DNA of 64,000 bases, from NCBI GenBank assembly GCA_943846785.1, contig OX044367.1, forward strand, positions 4,276 to 68,275, read 5' to 3'. A program made the translations under genes and the position numbers. Below the pieces are notes generated by a model. That model worked only from the letters and a program-made list of their open reading frames with translations. It was not told where the DNA came from and did not search any database. Origin of the DNA: an uncultured SAR86 cluster bacterium (lineage in GTDB: Bacteria > Pseudomonadota > Gammaproteobacteria > Magnimaribacterales > D2472). Of this stretch, positions 63,312 to 64,000 are shown in pieces (within the stretch, counting starts at the first letter, position 1; each line of letters opens with the position of its first letter).

Positions 63312-64000
63312 ATGAATATAGCATCATCAATTTTTAGAGAAAATGATATACGTGGCACTTATCCAGAACAAATAAATGAATCAACAATTAAATTAATTGC
63401 ATCATGCCATTGCAAGAAAATGTAAAAAACATGGAGTCAACTCTATAGCTGTTGGAAGGGATGGACGTCTTTCAGGGCCAGTGCTGCTTGAATCATTTTG
63501 TGAAGGTCTTCTTGAAGCTGGTATAGATGTAAATAATATTGGTTTAGTAACAAGTCCACTTGCTATATTTTGCAGCAAAAAAAGAATCATCAAAAAGTGG
63601 AATTATGATAACAGGAAGTCACAATCCTAAAAATCATAATGGTATCAAAATGGTGGTTGATGACAAACCAGTATCAGGAACAGAAATATTTGAATTACTA
63701 GGTGACTTAGAAGAAATAAATGAAAAAGGTACTATTGAATATACTGACATTAAAAAACTATATCTTGATGAAGTGTCAGAAAATATCTCTGTTGAAAATC
63801 CAGAAAAGTTAAAAGTAATTCTTGATTGTGGCAATGGAGCAGCTGGATGTATTGCACCCGATCTTTTCAAAAAAATTGGATTCTCAGTTATAGAACTTTA
63901 CAGTGAGGTAGATGGAAATTTTCCAAATCATCATCCGGATCCTGGCAAGCTAGAGAATCTTGAAGACCTTATAACTGAAGTGAATAAACAAAATGCTGAT
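63312..64000 (+). pseudogene. Phosphomannomutase/phosphoglucomutase (AlgC/ManB-like), 5' part with two apparent frame breaks; continues past the window end
   Basis: MNIASSIFRENDIRGTYPEQINESTIKLIA / ...AIARKCKKHGVNSIAVGRDGRLSGPVLLESFCEGLLEAGIDVNNIGLVTSP / GIMITGSHNPKNHNGIKMV (active-site Ser loop TGSHNP)...LDCGNGAAG.... Confidence 0.85.

Overview
Visibly AT-rich, tightly packed chromosomal segment of a gammaproteobacterium. Synteny is Pseudomonas-like: gyrA-serC-pheA-hisC-tyrA/aroA-cmk-rpsA-ihfB, uvrC-pgsA-tRNA-Cys-tRNA-Leu, xseB-ispA-dxs, glyA-nrdR-ribD-ribBX-ribH-nusB and miaA-hflK-hflC-purA. A streamlined marine lineage such as SAR86 is only a guess. I see no rRNA, CRISPR array, transposase, integrase or prophage, and exactly two tRNAs.

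The left end (93-10775, minus strand) is a surface-polysaccharide operon. It contains an RfaH/NusG-like gene, an ops-like element, an EPS-type MarR, wzz, wecB, wecC, nonulosonic-acid genes (CBS-nucleotidyltransferase, neuA-, neuC- and neuB-type) and an uncharacterised 496-aa protein. The right end (56.6-62.3 kb) holds waaA, lpxL and an uncharacterised cassette of methyltransferase / QW-repeat toroid protein / methyltransferase / GT4.

The most unusual element is a stand-alone pair at 35.4-36.8 kb. It consists of a wHTH plus tandem DnaT-like-domain protein followed by a phage-lambda-P-like protein, with housekeeping genes on both sides. I read it as a candidate domesticated helicase-loading or primosome module.

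The main caveat is sequence quality. Coordinates 1-22020 and 61200-64000 carry many frameshifts and at least one in-frame stop, and these hit consecutive essential genes (rpsA, cmk, aroA, pgi, uvrC and others). The central 39 kb is essentially clean, with a single lesion at the ispA 3' end. Several breaks resolve at homopolymer runs, so I favour sequencing or assembly error over real gene decay. Affected genes are listed as apparent pseudogenes. All translations and motif calls were made by eye from the sequence and ORF track; no searches or computations were run.
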